A stretch of DNA of 64,000 nucleotides, from contig JBMNJV010000005.1 in assembly GCA_050951845.1 (NCBI GenBank), forward strand, positions 193,569 to 257,568, given 5' to 3'. This document shows positions 39,010-48,300 of this stretch, piece by piece. This stretch comes from Saccharofermentanales bacterium. Lineage in GTDB: Bacteria; Bacillota; Clostridia; Saccharofermentanales; DTU023. Within the stretch, counting starts at the first letter, position 1. Each line of letters opens with the position of its first letter. The notes beneath the pieces are model-generated. The model was not told where the DNA came from. It did no database searches and was given only the letters and a program-made list of their open reading frames with translations. The position numbers were made by a program, and so were the translations under genes.

Positions 39010-39753
39010 TTATTTGGCTTTCAAATAATCATCTAATAGTATAGGCTGAAAATTGACTTGATCACAAGCTGTCAACACCAACGGTATTTCATGTATCTGC
39101 TCACCTGAAAGTTGATAAGGGCTTTCGCTATGATGAATATGTCCGAACACGCAAAGATCAGCCTGATGATTATACATCAGTTTAGTGAATTCAGAAATTG
39201 CCAGTTGCTGATTGACCGGCGGAAAATGCATCATCACAATTAATTTATCTCCCGGTTGTCTCAATTTTTCCGCTTGGTTCAAAGACAAGGCTAAACGTTG
39301 AATTTCTCTGGCAAAAATCTTCTGGTCCGATTTTTGCCATTTGGCATCATTCGGAAAAATCCAACCGCGCGTACCTGCTATCAACAAGCCGCCCAAATTC
39401 CGATCTTCAACTCTGAAAGCATTATTTTGTAAAAAGTCGATATTTTCAATCTGCCATGCCGCCATTGCACGATAATTTTTATTTAATGTTCCCCACCAAT
39501 AATCATGATTACCGCGCAAAAGAATTTTTCTCCCGGGCAATTCACCGATAAAAACCAAATCCTTTTTTGCTTCTTGTAAATTAATCGCCCACGAAATATC
39601 ACCCGGAATTAATAGCAAATCAGCATCCGTCAGCAAACTTTTCAGATTTTCTTTAATTTTCAGATCATGGTCCAGCCATTCCTGACCGAATTTATGCATC
39701 GGCTTATCTACTTGATTGCTCAAATGAAAGTCCGCCAAGCAATATACAGACAT
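39010..39753 (-). CDS. metallophosphoesterase family protein
   Basis: It has calcineurin-like motifs (DFHLS, GDISWA, GNHDYWW, MHFPP, GHIH). Confidence 0.75.
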   Translation of the reverse strand: MSVYCLADFHLSNQVDKPMHKFGQEWLDHDLKIKENLKSLLTDADLLLIPGDISWAINLQEAKKDLVFIGELPGRKILLRGNHDYWWGTLNKNYRAMAAWQIENIDFLQNNAFRVEDRNLGGLLIAGTRGWIFPNDAKWQKSDQKIFAREIQRLALSLNQAEKLRQPGDKLIVMMHFPPVNQQLAISEFTKLMYNHQADLCVFGHIHHSESPYQLSGEQIHEIPLVLTACDQVNFQPILLDDYLKAK

Positions 39754-39761
39754 AAATACCT

Positions 39762-39892
39762 CTTTTGTCAGTTTTTATTTTCTGATTTCGTCATTTTTTT
39801 CTGATTTTGTCAGTTTCTATTTTCTGATTTTGTCAGTTTCTATTTTCTGATTTCGTCAGTTTTTTCTGATTTTGTCAGTTTCTATTTTCTGA
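39762..39892. repeat. 19/23-bp tandem repeat array (about 6.5 units) running into the uvrC stop codon
   Basis: CTGATTT(T/C)GTCA(G/T)TTT(CTAT)TTT units start at 39782, 39801, 39824, 39847, 39866 and 39889. A higher-order 42-bp unit (39782-39823) repeats at 39847-39888. Confidence 0.9.
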
Positions 39893-41759
39893 AATGTTCG
39901 TAAATATTTTCCGCAATTTTATCCGGTAAACCGGGAACCTGTTTCAATTCCGACAATTCAGCTTGAGAAACATTTTTTACAGTGCGAAAATATTTCAACA
40001 AAGCTTTGCGTCTGGCCGGACCGATCCCCGGAATTTCTTCCAAACTATAGCGGATCGTACTTTTGAGCCTTGATTTTTTATATAAACGTTGAGCAAAACG
40101 ATGGGCTTCGTTCTGAATTGCTGTGACTAATCGCAGCAAACCCAATCTTTCACTTCTTTGATCAGGTGTTTCCTGCTCATCTCCGGTTGCGGTTTTCAGC
40201 TCAATTTCTTCGCCGGTAGTTAAAACTAAACCTCTGGTATGATGTCCCGCATCTTTTACCATACCGGCTGCCGGAATTTCCGGTGCATATTTTTCTATGA
40301 TTGATTTTACCGCATTAACATGTCCCAAACCACCGTCTATCAATATCAAATCCGGTCTGTTACCGAACTGCTCGTCTTTCAGACGTTCAAGCCTGCGTGT
40401 TAATATTTCTTGCATTGAACGGTAATCATCAATCCCTTCAAAACTCTTGATCTTGAAATGGCGATATGCTGAACGTAACGGTTTGCCTTCAGTAAAAACA
40501 ACCATTGATCCGGTGCGATCTTCAACTCCGATATTCGCTATATCATAAGCTTCTATTCTATGCGGAATTTCCGTTAAACCGAAAATGTCTGCCAAGTTTT
40601 TCAAGGTATGTGCTAAACCTGTGGCTGAACCTCCGATCAAAGTATGACGTCTCAGATTTTGCTCAGCATTGGTTTCCGCCATATTTAACAATTGTCTTTT
40701 CTCTCCGCGCTGCGGATGACGTAATTCGACTTTGGAACCTGCCAATTGTGATAAATACTCCGCCAGTAAGTTCTGATCAATCAAGTTGCGCGGTAACAAA
40801 ATCAATTTAGGAATATATGAAGACTCGGCATAATGTTGTTTGAGAAAAGCTGTTAACAATTCATCCCCGGTTTCATCCTGATCAGGCAGAAAAGAACTGA
40901 CTGAACCGATCATCCGACCGTTCCGGATCTCCAGTTTCTGAATGCAAATTTCACTACCGTTACGAAATATTCCTAAAACATCAGTGTTTTCCGGATTTTT
41001 TGTAACTGTTACTTGACCGGCAGTCAATTTCTGCAAGTCTTGATAACGATCACGCCAAACGGCTGCTTTCTCATATTGCATTTCTGCTGCCAGCCGATCC
41101 ATTTTCTTTTTAATCAAACCTAAGAGATCCTCATATTGACCATCGAGAAATCTGCATATTTCCAGCACACTGGTCCGATATTCTTCAACCGAAACATCGC
41201 CTTTACAAGGACCGATACAGCGATCAATGTAATATTTCAGACACGGACGCTCTTTGTCGATATCTCTCGGCAAAACTCTGTTACAAGTCATCACCGGAAA
41301 AATCCGATAAATCGCTTTCAATGCTCTTTCCAAATCACCCGCTAAATACGGACCGTAATAGCGCGTGCCTTGTTCACGATCCGAACCGATCCGATATGCT
41401 TTGAGAATCCGCGGATAAAGTTCATTCAATGTCACTCTGATGTAGGGATATTCTTTATCATCCCGTAAAAGAGTATTGTATTTAGGACGCTTATCTTTGA
41501 TTAAATTATTTTCTAAAATCAGAGCTTCCAGTTCATTTTGACAAATAATATAAGAAAAATCGGCAATATGTGAAATCATTGCTGAGATTTTCGGGTCCGC
41601 AACCGGATTAGGAGCAAAATAACTGCGCAGTCTTTGAGGAAGGTTTTTGGCTTTACCTACATAAATAACAGAACCGGATGCATCTTTCATCAAGTACACA
41701 CCAGGTTCATGTGGTATCAAGTCCAGTCTGGCATCAAAAGAATTATGATTTTCAGACAT
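39882..41759 (-). CDS. uvrC: excinuclease ABC subunit C
   Basis: It has an N-terminal GIY-YIG domain (GVYLMKD...VIYVGKAKNL), a UVR domain and a C-terminal HhH (IPGIGPARRKALL). Confidence 0.95.
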   Translation of the reverse strand: MSENHNSFDARLDLIPHEPGVYLMKDASGSVIYVGKAKNLPQRLRSYFAPNPVADPKISAMISHIADFSYIICQNELEALILENNLIKDKRPKYNTLLRDDKEYPYIRVTLNELYPRILKAYRIGSDREQGTRYYGPYLAGDLERALKAIYRIFPVMTCNRVLPRDIDKERPCLKYYIDRCIGPCKGDVSVEEYRTSVLEICRFLDGQYEDLLGLIKKKMDRLAAEMQYEKAAVWRDRYQDLQKLTAGQVTVTKNPENTDVLGIFRNGSEICIQKLEIRNGRMIGSVSSFLPDQDETGDELLTAFLKQHYAESSYIPKLILLPRNLIDQNLLAEYLSQLAGSKVELRHPQRGEKRQLLNMAETNAEQNLRRHTLIGGSATGLAHTLKNLADIFGLTEIPHRIEAYDIANIGVEDRTGSMVVFTEGKPLRSAYRHFKIKSFEGIDDYRSMQEILTRRLERLKDEQFGNRPDLILIDGGLGHVNAVKSIIEKYAPEIPAAGMVKDAGHHTRGLVLTTGEEIELKTATGDEQETPDQRSERLGLLRLVTAIQNEAHRFAQRLYKKSRLKSTIRYSLEEIPGIGPARRKALLKYFRTVKNVSQAELSELKQVPGLPDKIAENIYEHFRK

Positions 41760-41777
41760 CTTTTTTCGGTTGTTCTT

Positions 41778-42038
41778 TTACGATTCCGGATTTTCTAAAA
41801 AATCCGCTACAACATTTACTGCTTCTTCTGCATCAGGTCCTTCTGCAGTAATGCTCAATTCAATGCCATCTTCAATCCCGAGCGACATCATTCCGAGCAG
41901 GCTTTTGGCATTGGCACGGCGGTCACCTCGAGAAATATATATTGTTGAATCAAAGACGGAAGCTTTTTGGATCAACAAGGCTATTGATTTCATTTCAATG
42001 CCTTCTTCCCAATTGATCAGAATAGATTTGGTTGCCAT
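41778..42038 (-). CDS. HPr-family protein lacking the phospho-histidine (Crh-like; Glu15, Ser46 retained)
   Basis: It is collinear with HPr. GIHARPA is replaced by GIEMKSI, and KSLLGMMSLG is conserved around Ser46. It ends 18 nt upstream of uvrC. Confidence 0.8.
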   Translation of the reverse strand: MATKSILINWEEGIEMKSIALLIQKASVFDSTIYISRGDRRANAKSLLGMMSLGIEDGIELSITAEGPDAEEAVNVVADFLENPES

Positions 42039-42177
42039 ATTTCCTCCAATAAAATAATTTTAAAAGGTTTTATCCACAAAAAACCCGGATCATTATTTTT
42101 AATAAGTATAAAATTATTGGCTTTATTATGTCAATTTAATAAATTCAAATCTACAACAAGGCTGATTTTTCAAGTTT

Positions 42178-43002
42178 TTATTTCTTCTTTTTAGTTAAAT
42201 TGCGTTCAGCTTGCGTGATCACACAATAATTTGGCTTGACCGGTTCGCCATAACCATTTTTGTACAAGCCGGGATTTTGCTCCAATATTTCCCATGCTAA
42301 ATAGCCGATCGCAGAAGCCGCAATATAATCCTGCTTAGTCAAAACCGATTCGCGCGGTGTCAGTCGAAGATCAAGCTCTGCCAATAAAGTTTGTGCCATC
42401 ATAAACCCGTCACCCAGAATCGTGATCGATTGTTTCTTGAAATAATTTTTTTTCGAATCCTGTTCCAAATCCTGATCTTCCGGAATTTCACTTAAATCTT
42501 GCTTTAACAATTTGTTTTGAAAATCTTGACTTAATAACCGATCTTTCACCAATTCCGGTAAATCCTGATCAACGAATTGCTGATCCGCCGTAATTCTTTG
42601 TCCTTGGTTAAAAAATGCACCGTAAAGTCTCCCGCCGCGAGCATCAAAAACCGGTAAGATAATATCATTTTGATTTCTATAGGGAAAAGCCAATGCTTCC
42701 GGAGCTGAAATTCCTATAACAGGAATATTCAAACCGTATGCCATCGTATTTGCGGTAGACACTCCGATTCTGATTCCTGTAAAAGAACCGGGTCCGACCG
42801 TTACCGCCACAGCCGACAAATCATCATAGGATTTTTCAACTTCCTGCATCATATTATCCAGCGCAGGCAACAAATTCACTGAGTGCTGATTCGATATATT
42901 AAGAAATTTCTCAGCCCGAATTAAGTTGTTTTCTAATAACGCAACTGAAAGGCTTGAACCTGATGAATCAATTGCCAAAATATATTTTGCCGTATCTTTC
43001 AA
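42178..43002 (-). CDS. tsaB: tRNA t6A37 biosynthesis protein TsaB (YeaZ)
   Basis: It has ILAIDSSGSSLSVALLEN...VTVGPGSFTGIRIGVSTA. The start is TTG at 43000-43002. An internal insertion is present relative to typical 230-aa TsaB proteins. Confidence 0.8.
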   Translation of the reverse strand: MKDTAKYILAIDSSGSSLSVALLENNLIRAEKFLNISNQHSVNLLPALDNMMQEVEKSYDDLSAVAVTVGPGSFTGIRIGVSTANTMAYGLNIPVIGISAPEALAFPYRNQNDIILPVFDARGGRLYGAFFNQGQRITADQQFVDQDLPELVKDRLLSQDFQNKLLKQDLSEIPEDQDLEQDSKKNYFKKQSITILGDGFMMAQTLLAELDLRLTPRESVLTKQDYIAASAIGYLAWEILEQNPGLYKNGYGEPVKPNYCVITQAERNLTKKKK

Positions 43003-43072
43003 TTATCTGCCTCATTCCGTTTTTCGATAAGTCATATCTTTCAATTATCTGCTTTATTCCGTTTTTCGATAA
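42993..43072. repeat. 42-bp-period tandem duplication covering the tsaB translation start
   Basis: The copies are TATCTTTCAATTATCTGCCTCATTCCGTTTTTCGATAA (42993-43030) and TATCTTTCAATTATCTGCTTTATTCCGTTTTTCGATAA (43035-43072). Confidence 0.9.
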
Positions 43073-43151
43073 TCTGTTCTTGAAATGTTCCCGATCGTAT
43101 TTTCCTCTGATTTATTTTATCAGTTCTTGTTTATAAGCCTTGTCTGAGTTC

Positions 43152-43682
43152 TTATTTCAGTTCCTCTTTCAGCTCTTCCGCAATCTCCCAAGCACTCAAG
43201 TTTTTCCAATTAAAATCCGCATCACAATCCACACTTAATCTGAAAATCCTTTGATCCGGTTGGGCAAGATCAGTTGTAATATACAGCCACTTTGCAGTTT
43301 GCGGCAGAACATTCTTTATTTTAGCCGCCCATTCAATTATTACAACTCCCTGATTATCAAAATAATCCATAAAGCCTGCATCATACCATTCAATCTCATC
43401 TTTAAGCCGATATGCATCAAAATGAAACAGCGGTAAATTTCCGGTACCTGCCGGATGTTCAAAAAGTAAAGTAAAGGTCGGACTCGAAACCGGCGAACTA
43501 ATTCCCAAACCCCGCGCAATTCCATGGGTTATCGTAGTCTTGCCCGCCCCCAAATCTCCGTCCAAAGCTAAAACGTCACCGGCAGTCAGACATCTGCCGA
43601 GTGCTTCGCCTAAAAGATATGTTTCTTCCACTGAATTTGTCCGATAAAGTTTTTCCTGCATTGTCCTTAACTTGTTCTTCAA
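43152..43682 (-). CDS. tsaE: tRNA t6A37 biosynthesis ATPase TsaE (YjeE)
   Basis: It has GDLGAGKTT (Walker A) and SPTFTL...HFDAYRL motifs. The start may be the internal Met (MQEKL). Confidence 0.85.
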   Translation of the reverse strand: MKNKLRTMQEKLYRTNSVEETYLLGEALGRCLTAGDVLALDGDLGAGKTTITHGIARGLGISSPVSSPTFTLLFEHPAGTGNLPLFHFDAYRLKDEIEWYDAGFMDYFDNQGVVIIEWAAKIKNVLPQTAKWLYITTDLAQPDQRIFRLSVDCDADFNWKNLSAWEIAEELKEELK

Positions 43683-43870
43683 TAAAACCTATTAATACTC
43701 TGTTTTTGCTCAAAATTTGGAGCTGTGCAAATTTTGATTTGCATACCTCAAAAAAGTGAGCAGTTTTCATAGTTGTATATTAGCATATTCAAAAAATCAA
43801 GACCGATTAATTTCTAATGGCAATTTTCTTAATTAATTTTTCCCTTGATTTTGTTATCTCAAAATTCCTC

Positions 43871-43900
43871 TTGAATTTGTCAGCCGGATTTCTATATAAT
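43871..43900 (+). promoter_or_regulatory. sigma-A-type promoter of Y-family polymerase paralogue 2
   Basis: TTGAAT (43871-43876) is followed by an 18-nt spacer and TATAAT (43895-43900). Confidence 0.55.
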
Positions 43901-43916
43901 TTATCTTAGTTAAAAA

Positions 43917-43928
43917 GAACGTTTGTTT
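43917..43928 (+). promoter_or_regulatory. LexA (SOS/Cheo-type) box
   Basis: GAACGTTTGTTT matches the Firmicutes GAAC-N4-GTT(C/T) operator. It lies 17 nt downstream of the -10 and 38 nt upstream of the GTG start of a translesion polymerase. Confidence 0.6.
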
Positions 43929-43965
43929 GTTTTTGCTTGATAATTTGAGGGAGTTTTGATATAAG

Positions 43966-45216
43966 GTGAATCAGCATCGGACAATCTTACATTGTGATAT
44001 GAACGCTTATTATGCTTCGGTCGAAATTAAATTAAATCCGAACCTGCGCGGCAAGCCGGTAGCTGTAGTCGGATCCCAGGCCGACCGCAACGGTATCATT
44101 CTTGCGAAATCAGAAGAAGCAAAGCGACAAGGCGTTAAGACCGGAGAAGTTATCTGGCAGGCATTACAAAAATGTCCGAATTTAATTACCGTTCCGCCAC
44201 AATATGATCAATATATTTTGCACTCGAAATTAGCTCATAATATTTATTATGACTATACAGATCAAATTGAACCCTTCGGCCTTGACGAATGTTGGCTTGA
44301 TGTATCTGCCAGCAAAGCTTTGTTCGGTGACGGCATGCAAATTGCAAAACTTATCAGTCAGCGAGTAAAAAATGAACTTCAACTGACACTATCAATCGGA
44401 GTCAGCTTCAATAAGATTTTCGCAAAACTCGGCAGCGATATGAATAAACCGGATGCCATAACCTATGTATCTCAGGAAAATTACACCGATCTCATATTCA
44501 AATTACCTGTAAGAAGTTTGCTGGGCATAGGATCTGCTACCGAAAGAAAACTGATTAAATACAATATTTTAACCATCGGTGATTTAGCCCGAACCGATCC
44601 CTCTTTTTTACAATCTAAGCTCGGTATAAACGGCATAAAATTATGGTCATGGGCCAACGGCTTAGATAACGGCAGAGTCAGGGTTTACGGTGAATCTGTT
44701 CCGGTCAAAACAGTAGGACACGGCATAACAACAAAAGAAGATTTATATACTGATATTGAAGTATGGCGTGTCTTATTATCTCTTAGTGAAAACGTTTCTA
44801 AAAGATTGCGTTCTCACAGTCTGAGAGCAAGAGGAGTCCAAATCAGTGTGCGGAGAAACGACATGTCCGGCAAAGAATTTCAAGCTCCATTGCCTTACGC
44901 TACGCATAATTCATTTTATATTTCACAAAACGGATTTATGCTGTTTAAGGAGCGTTATGATTGGAGAAAGCCGATCCGCTCGTTAACAATTACAGCCATT
45001 AACCTGGAATCATCTGATATTCCCAGACAGATAAACATATTTCACGATTTCAGTAAACTCGCAAAGCTGGAAGCCTTGGAAGATGCCATATTTTCTTTAC
45101 ATCAGAGATATGGTGCCAAAATTGCTTACCCTGCTCGTTTAATGGAAGATCTGAAAATGGCAAAACAAGTGCCATACGACATCAAACCACCCGGTCTGCC
45201 TGTATTTCAAACATAA
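43966..45216 (+). CDS. dinB: Y-family DNA polymerase (DinB/Pol IV-like), paralogue 2
   Basis: It has a GTG start after GAGGGAG, then ILHCDMNAYYASVE, FGLDECWLDVS and SIGVSFNKIFAKLGSDMNKPD. Confidence 0.85.
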   Translation: MNQHRTILHCDMNAYYASVEIKLNPNLRGKPVAVVGSQADRNGIILAKSEEAKRQGVKTGEVIWQALQKCPNLITVPPQYDQYILHSKLAHNIYYDYTDQIEPFGLDECWLDVSASKALFGDGMQIAKLISQRVKNELQLTLSIGVSFNKIFAKLGSDMNKPDAITYVSQENYTDLIFKLPVRSLLGIGSATERKLIKYNILTIGDLARTDPSFLQSKLGINGIKLWSWANGLDNGRVRVYGESVPVKTVGHGITTKEDLYTDIEVWRVLLSLSENVSKRLRSHSLRARGVQISVRRNDMSGKEFQAPLPYATHNSFYISQNGFMLFKERYDWRKPIRSLTITAINLESSDIPRQINIFHDFSKLAKLEALEDAIFSLHQRYGAKIAYPARLMEDLKMAKQVPYDIKPPGLPVFQT

Positions 45217-45266
45217 AACAAAAAAATTCCGAAAATTATTGTTAAATACAATCTCCAAATCAGCAT

Positions 45267-45296
45267 GAGGAAAGTTTACGGTAGTAAACTCTCCTC
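45267..45296. terminator. 13-bp-stem hairpin between the convergent dinB2 and adhesin genes (no clear U-tract)
   Basis: GAGGAAAGTTTAC-GGTA-GTAAACTCTCCTC has one mismatch. Confidence 0.35.
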
Positions 45297-45347
45297 AATT
45301 TAGACTTTATATATTCTTGCTTGAATTTCAGAAATAATCTAATCAGA

Positions 45348-48300
45348 TCACATGTTTTTGAAACCACCTATTCTTTTTCTGAAAATAATTGTAATTACTG
45401 CAATTAATAACAATATCAATTCTATCCAAATATAACTTAGTTCTCCGGTTTTCGGAAAATCTGAATCAAAAGGCACTGCAGGAGTTTTTGGAGTTGTTGG
45501 GGTTTTCGGTACTGTAGGCTCAGTCGGAATTTGAGGTTTCGTCGGAATCTGCGGTTTCGTCGGTACCTCCGGCTTTGTCGGTACCTCCGGCTTTGTCGGT
45601 ACTTGCGGCTCTGTCGGCACTTGCGGCTCTGTCGGCACTTCCGGTTCTGTCGGTACCTCCGGTTCTGTCGGTACTTCCGGTTCTGTCGGTACTTCCGGTT
45701 CTGTCGGTACTTCCGGCTCTTCGATTGTCACAGTCTGCTCTTCGTCGTTGATATCTTTATGTTCAGCAATCAATTCACCTTTATAATATAATTCTTCAAA
45801 TACTACTAAATCTTTGCCGGCTAATGTACTGCCGTCAAAAGTAAATGTGATTTCTATTGCACCGTCTTTTGTTTCTGCGACAAAAGTTGTTTCAGCCTTT
45901 GCAATTACTTTAGTCGGGTCAGCCTTATCTACCAGTTCTCCTTTAACCGCATACGTTTCACCTGCAATTAAACCTATGTAAGAAACGGTGTCTTTAACTG
46001 ACAGATCTGTCAGAGCATGATCTTGTTTATTACCATTGCTGAATATAGCTGTTGTTCCTATTTCTACCGGCAATACGGTAATAATTTGTCTTTCATCATT
46101 CACATCTTCATGACTTGCTACTTCTTCGCCGTTTTCCTTGACAAAGACTTTTTCAAACACTACTAATTGCTTACCTGCGCATTCTGCTAAATCGATTTCA
46201 CCAAAGTCAACCGTTACATGACCTTTTCTGAATTCAGGTGTAAATTCCAGTTCTGCCGTTGCTAAAACTACCGAAGGATCATCTCGTAATACCAGACTTG
46301 CTTTCGCCAGATATACTTCACTCTCAATTAAATCTTCATAGCAGATCACGTCGGCAATTTTTACAGTCTTAACAGCGTGTGCTTCCTGACCTTTTGTATC
46401 TGCGTTAAACGCCGAGGTCGAGATCTGCGGTTCATATGCCCGGTTCGGTATGTCGGTTAATTGTACACCTTTCTGTGCAATGACCTTGAAACTCACCGGC
46501 TCACCTTGATGATAACCTTTCGGTGCGGCCAATTCTTCGATCGTATACTCCGAATTAATACCTAAGCCTTTGATTACAAACGGCGTTCCGTCGGTTACCC
46601 AGATAGCTTCTCTGCCGCCTTGTTTGACTACATAACCGTTTTCATCTAAACGCACTACTTTGCCGTCTTGATCCAAAAGTCTTAAAGTCGCTCCGATAAC
46701 AGGTTGACCTGTTTTGCTGTCTATTTTGCTGAAAGATACCTGAGTCGGCTCGTTTTCGACCTTAATCTCCAGTAAGCTGTCCTCTGCTACCGCTATCGGC
46801 CGTGATTCGCCTTCTTTAATATAACCGTCCGCAGCTTTTACTTCTTCTAAAAAATACGTACCATACGGTAAGTCTTTAATCAGGATTTCACCGTTTTCGT
46901 CTGTGACAAAAATAGTCTTGCCCGTATCCGGGTTAACCATCATACGTTTTGTCCCGTCAGCCAAAATCTTGAACAAATTGAACTCTATACCTTTTAACGG
47001 TTTGTTCGTGAATTTATCCAGCTTGATAACCTTGACATCTTTGGTTGCCGGCTTGTTCTCAATCGGTTGCGGTAAAACAGTTATCTTATCTGCGGTTGCC
47101 GGTACGTCTGTTTCAATCTTAATAAAGCATTGATTCTCATTTAATAAGAATCCGTCTTTGGTTGAAATTTCCTTGAAATAGTAATTCCCTTGCGGTATAT
47201 CCTTCGCTGTCATTTTTCCGTCTTTATCCGGAGTCATGACCGCCACTAAACTGTCTTTGGCTAAGCCTAAAACTTCTTCCGCCGTGTACATGCCGACCAC
47301 GATATTCTCAAAACCCGACTCTTCAAAGTAAGGTGTTGAAAGCAGCATCTTCTTTAAGTTTACGTCCAGCTTCTGACGTTTGTTCTCAATCAGCGGTGTT
47401 TCTTTTAAGTCTGCCTCTATTTGCTTTTCTTGTGGCGTGAACTCAAATGTACGTTTCTCCGGATCAGTTATATAACCTTGCGGTGCTTTGACTTCTTTCA
47501 GTTCATATTTACCTAAAGGTATTCTCGACAGCACAATCGGTTGAGCTCTTTCTGTAGTAACTTTTGTATCTGCCAGCTCTTTATCCGCCAATTGCTCTTC
47601 GGTTAATTCCGGTAAAGTTATAACTTGATATTTCCGATATAGAACTTTTCCTTCACTATCCAAAATATCTTTTTGAGCAAATAATAAAAATTGGTCTTTC
47701 TTGTAGAAAGTTGTCTGTCCGTCATAAGACTTAATATCTTCTCGGGCTTTGAGTTTGAATTCGGCTCCCGCCAGGTAACCGTTTTCGTAAACAGCCTGCT
47801 TGTATGTAAACGTTTCTTCGGCTACTTCACCTTTTTGATATGTTCCGTCTTTAACCATTTTGGTTAAAGTAAATTCGAGTAAACCCGTTTCGCCGTCCGG
47901 TACTTCCAGTTCATGCACTATATTGCCTGCTCTATCCTTTACTGTATAACGCCCCTCATTTACCACTTGTCCGAAGTGTCCGTTTTTGTCAGTTTTAATC
48001 TTCAGCGTTTCGGTAAATACTCCCGGCGATTTTCTCCGGAGCTCAGGCTCCGGCTTTAAGCCGGCAACCGGCTTCACTTCCGGTTCAATTTCATTAAGTC
48101 CGGTTCCGTCAGGTTCTGTTTCGCCAGGTTCGGTTTCAACAGCTTCTGTTTCATTAAGTGCAGTTTCGTCAGATCCGGTTTCGCCAGATCCGGTTTCGTC
48201 AGATCCGGTTTCGCCGGCTTCTGCTTCATTAAGTTCAGTTTTGCTGATCTCGGTTTCACCTTGCTCAGTTTCTTCAGCGGATGTGCTTTCAAAGATTGTT

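Noticed and set aside
41770-42057. 95-aa plus-strand ORF opposite the HPr-like gene.
   Set aside because: The minus-strand product aligns residue-for-residue with the HPr family. The plus-strand product is Ser/Pro-rich with no recognisable features.
45531-45791. Plus-strand Arg-rich ORF (MRFRRNLRFRRYLRLCRY...), and the plus-strand Ser/Val-rich ORF at 47986-48603.
   Set aside because: Both are antisense read-throughs of low-complexity repeat regions of the adhesin gene (the PEVPTE spacer and the acidic linker). They have no independent signals.
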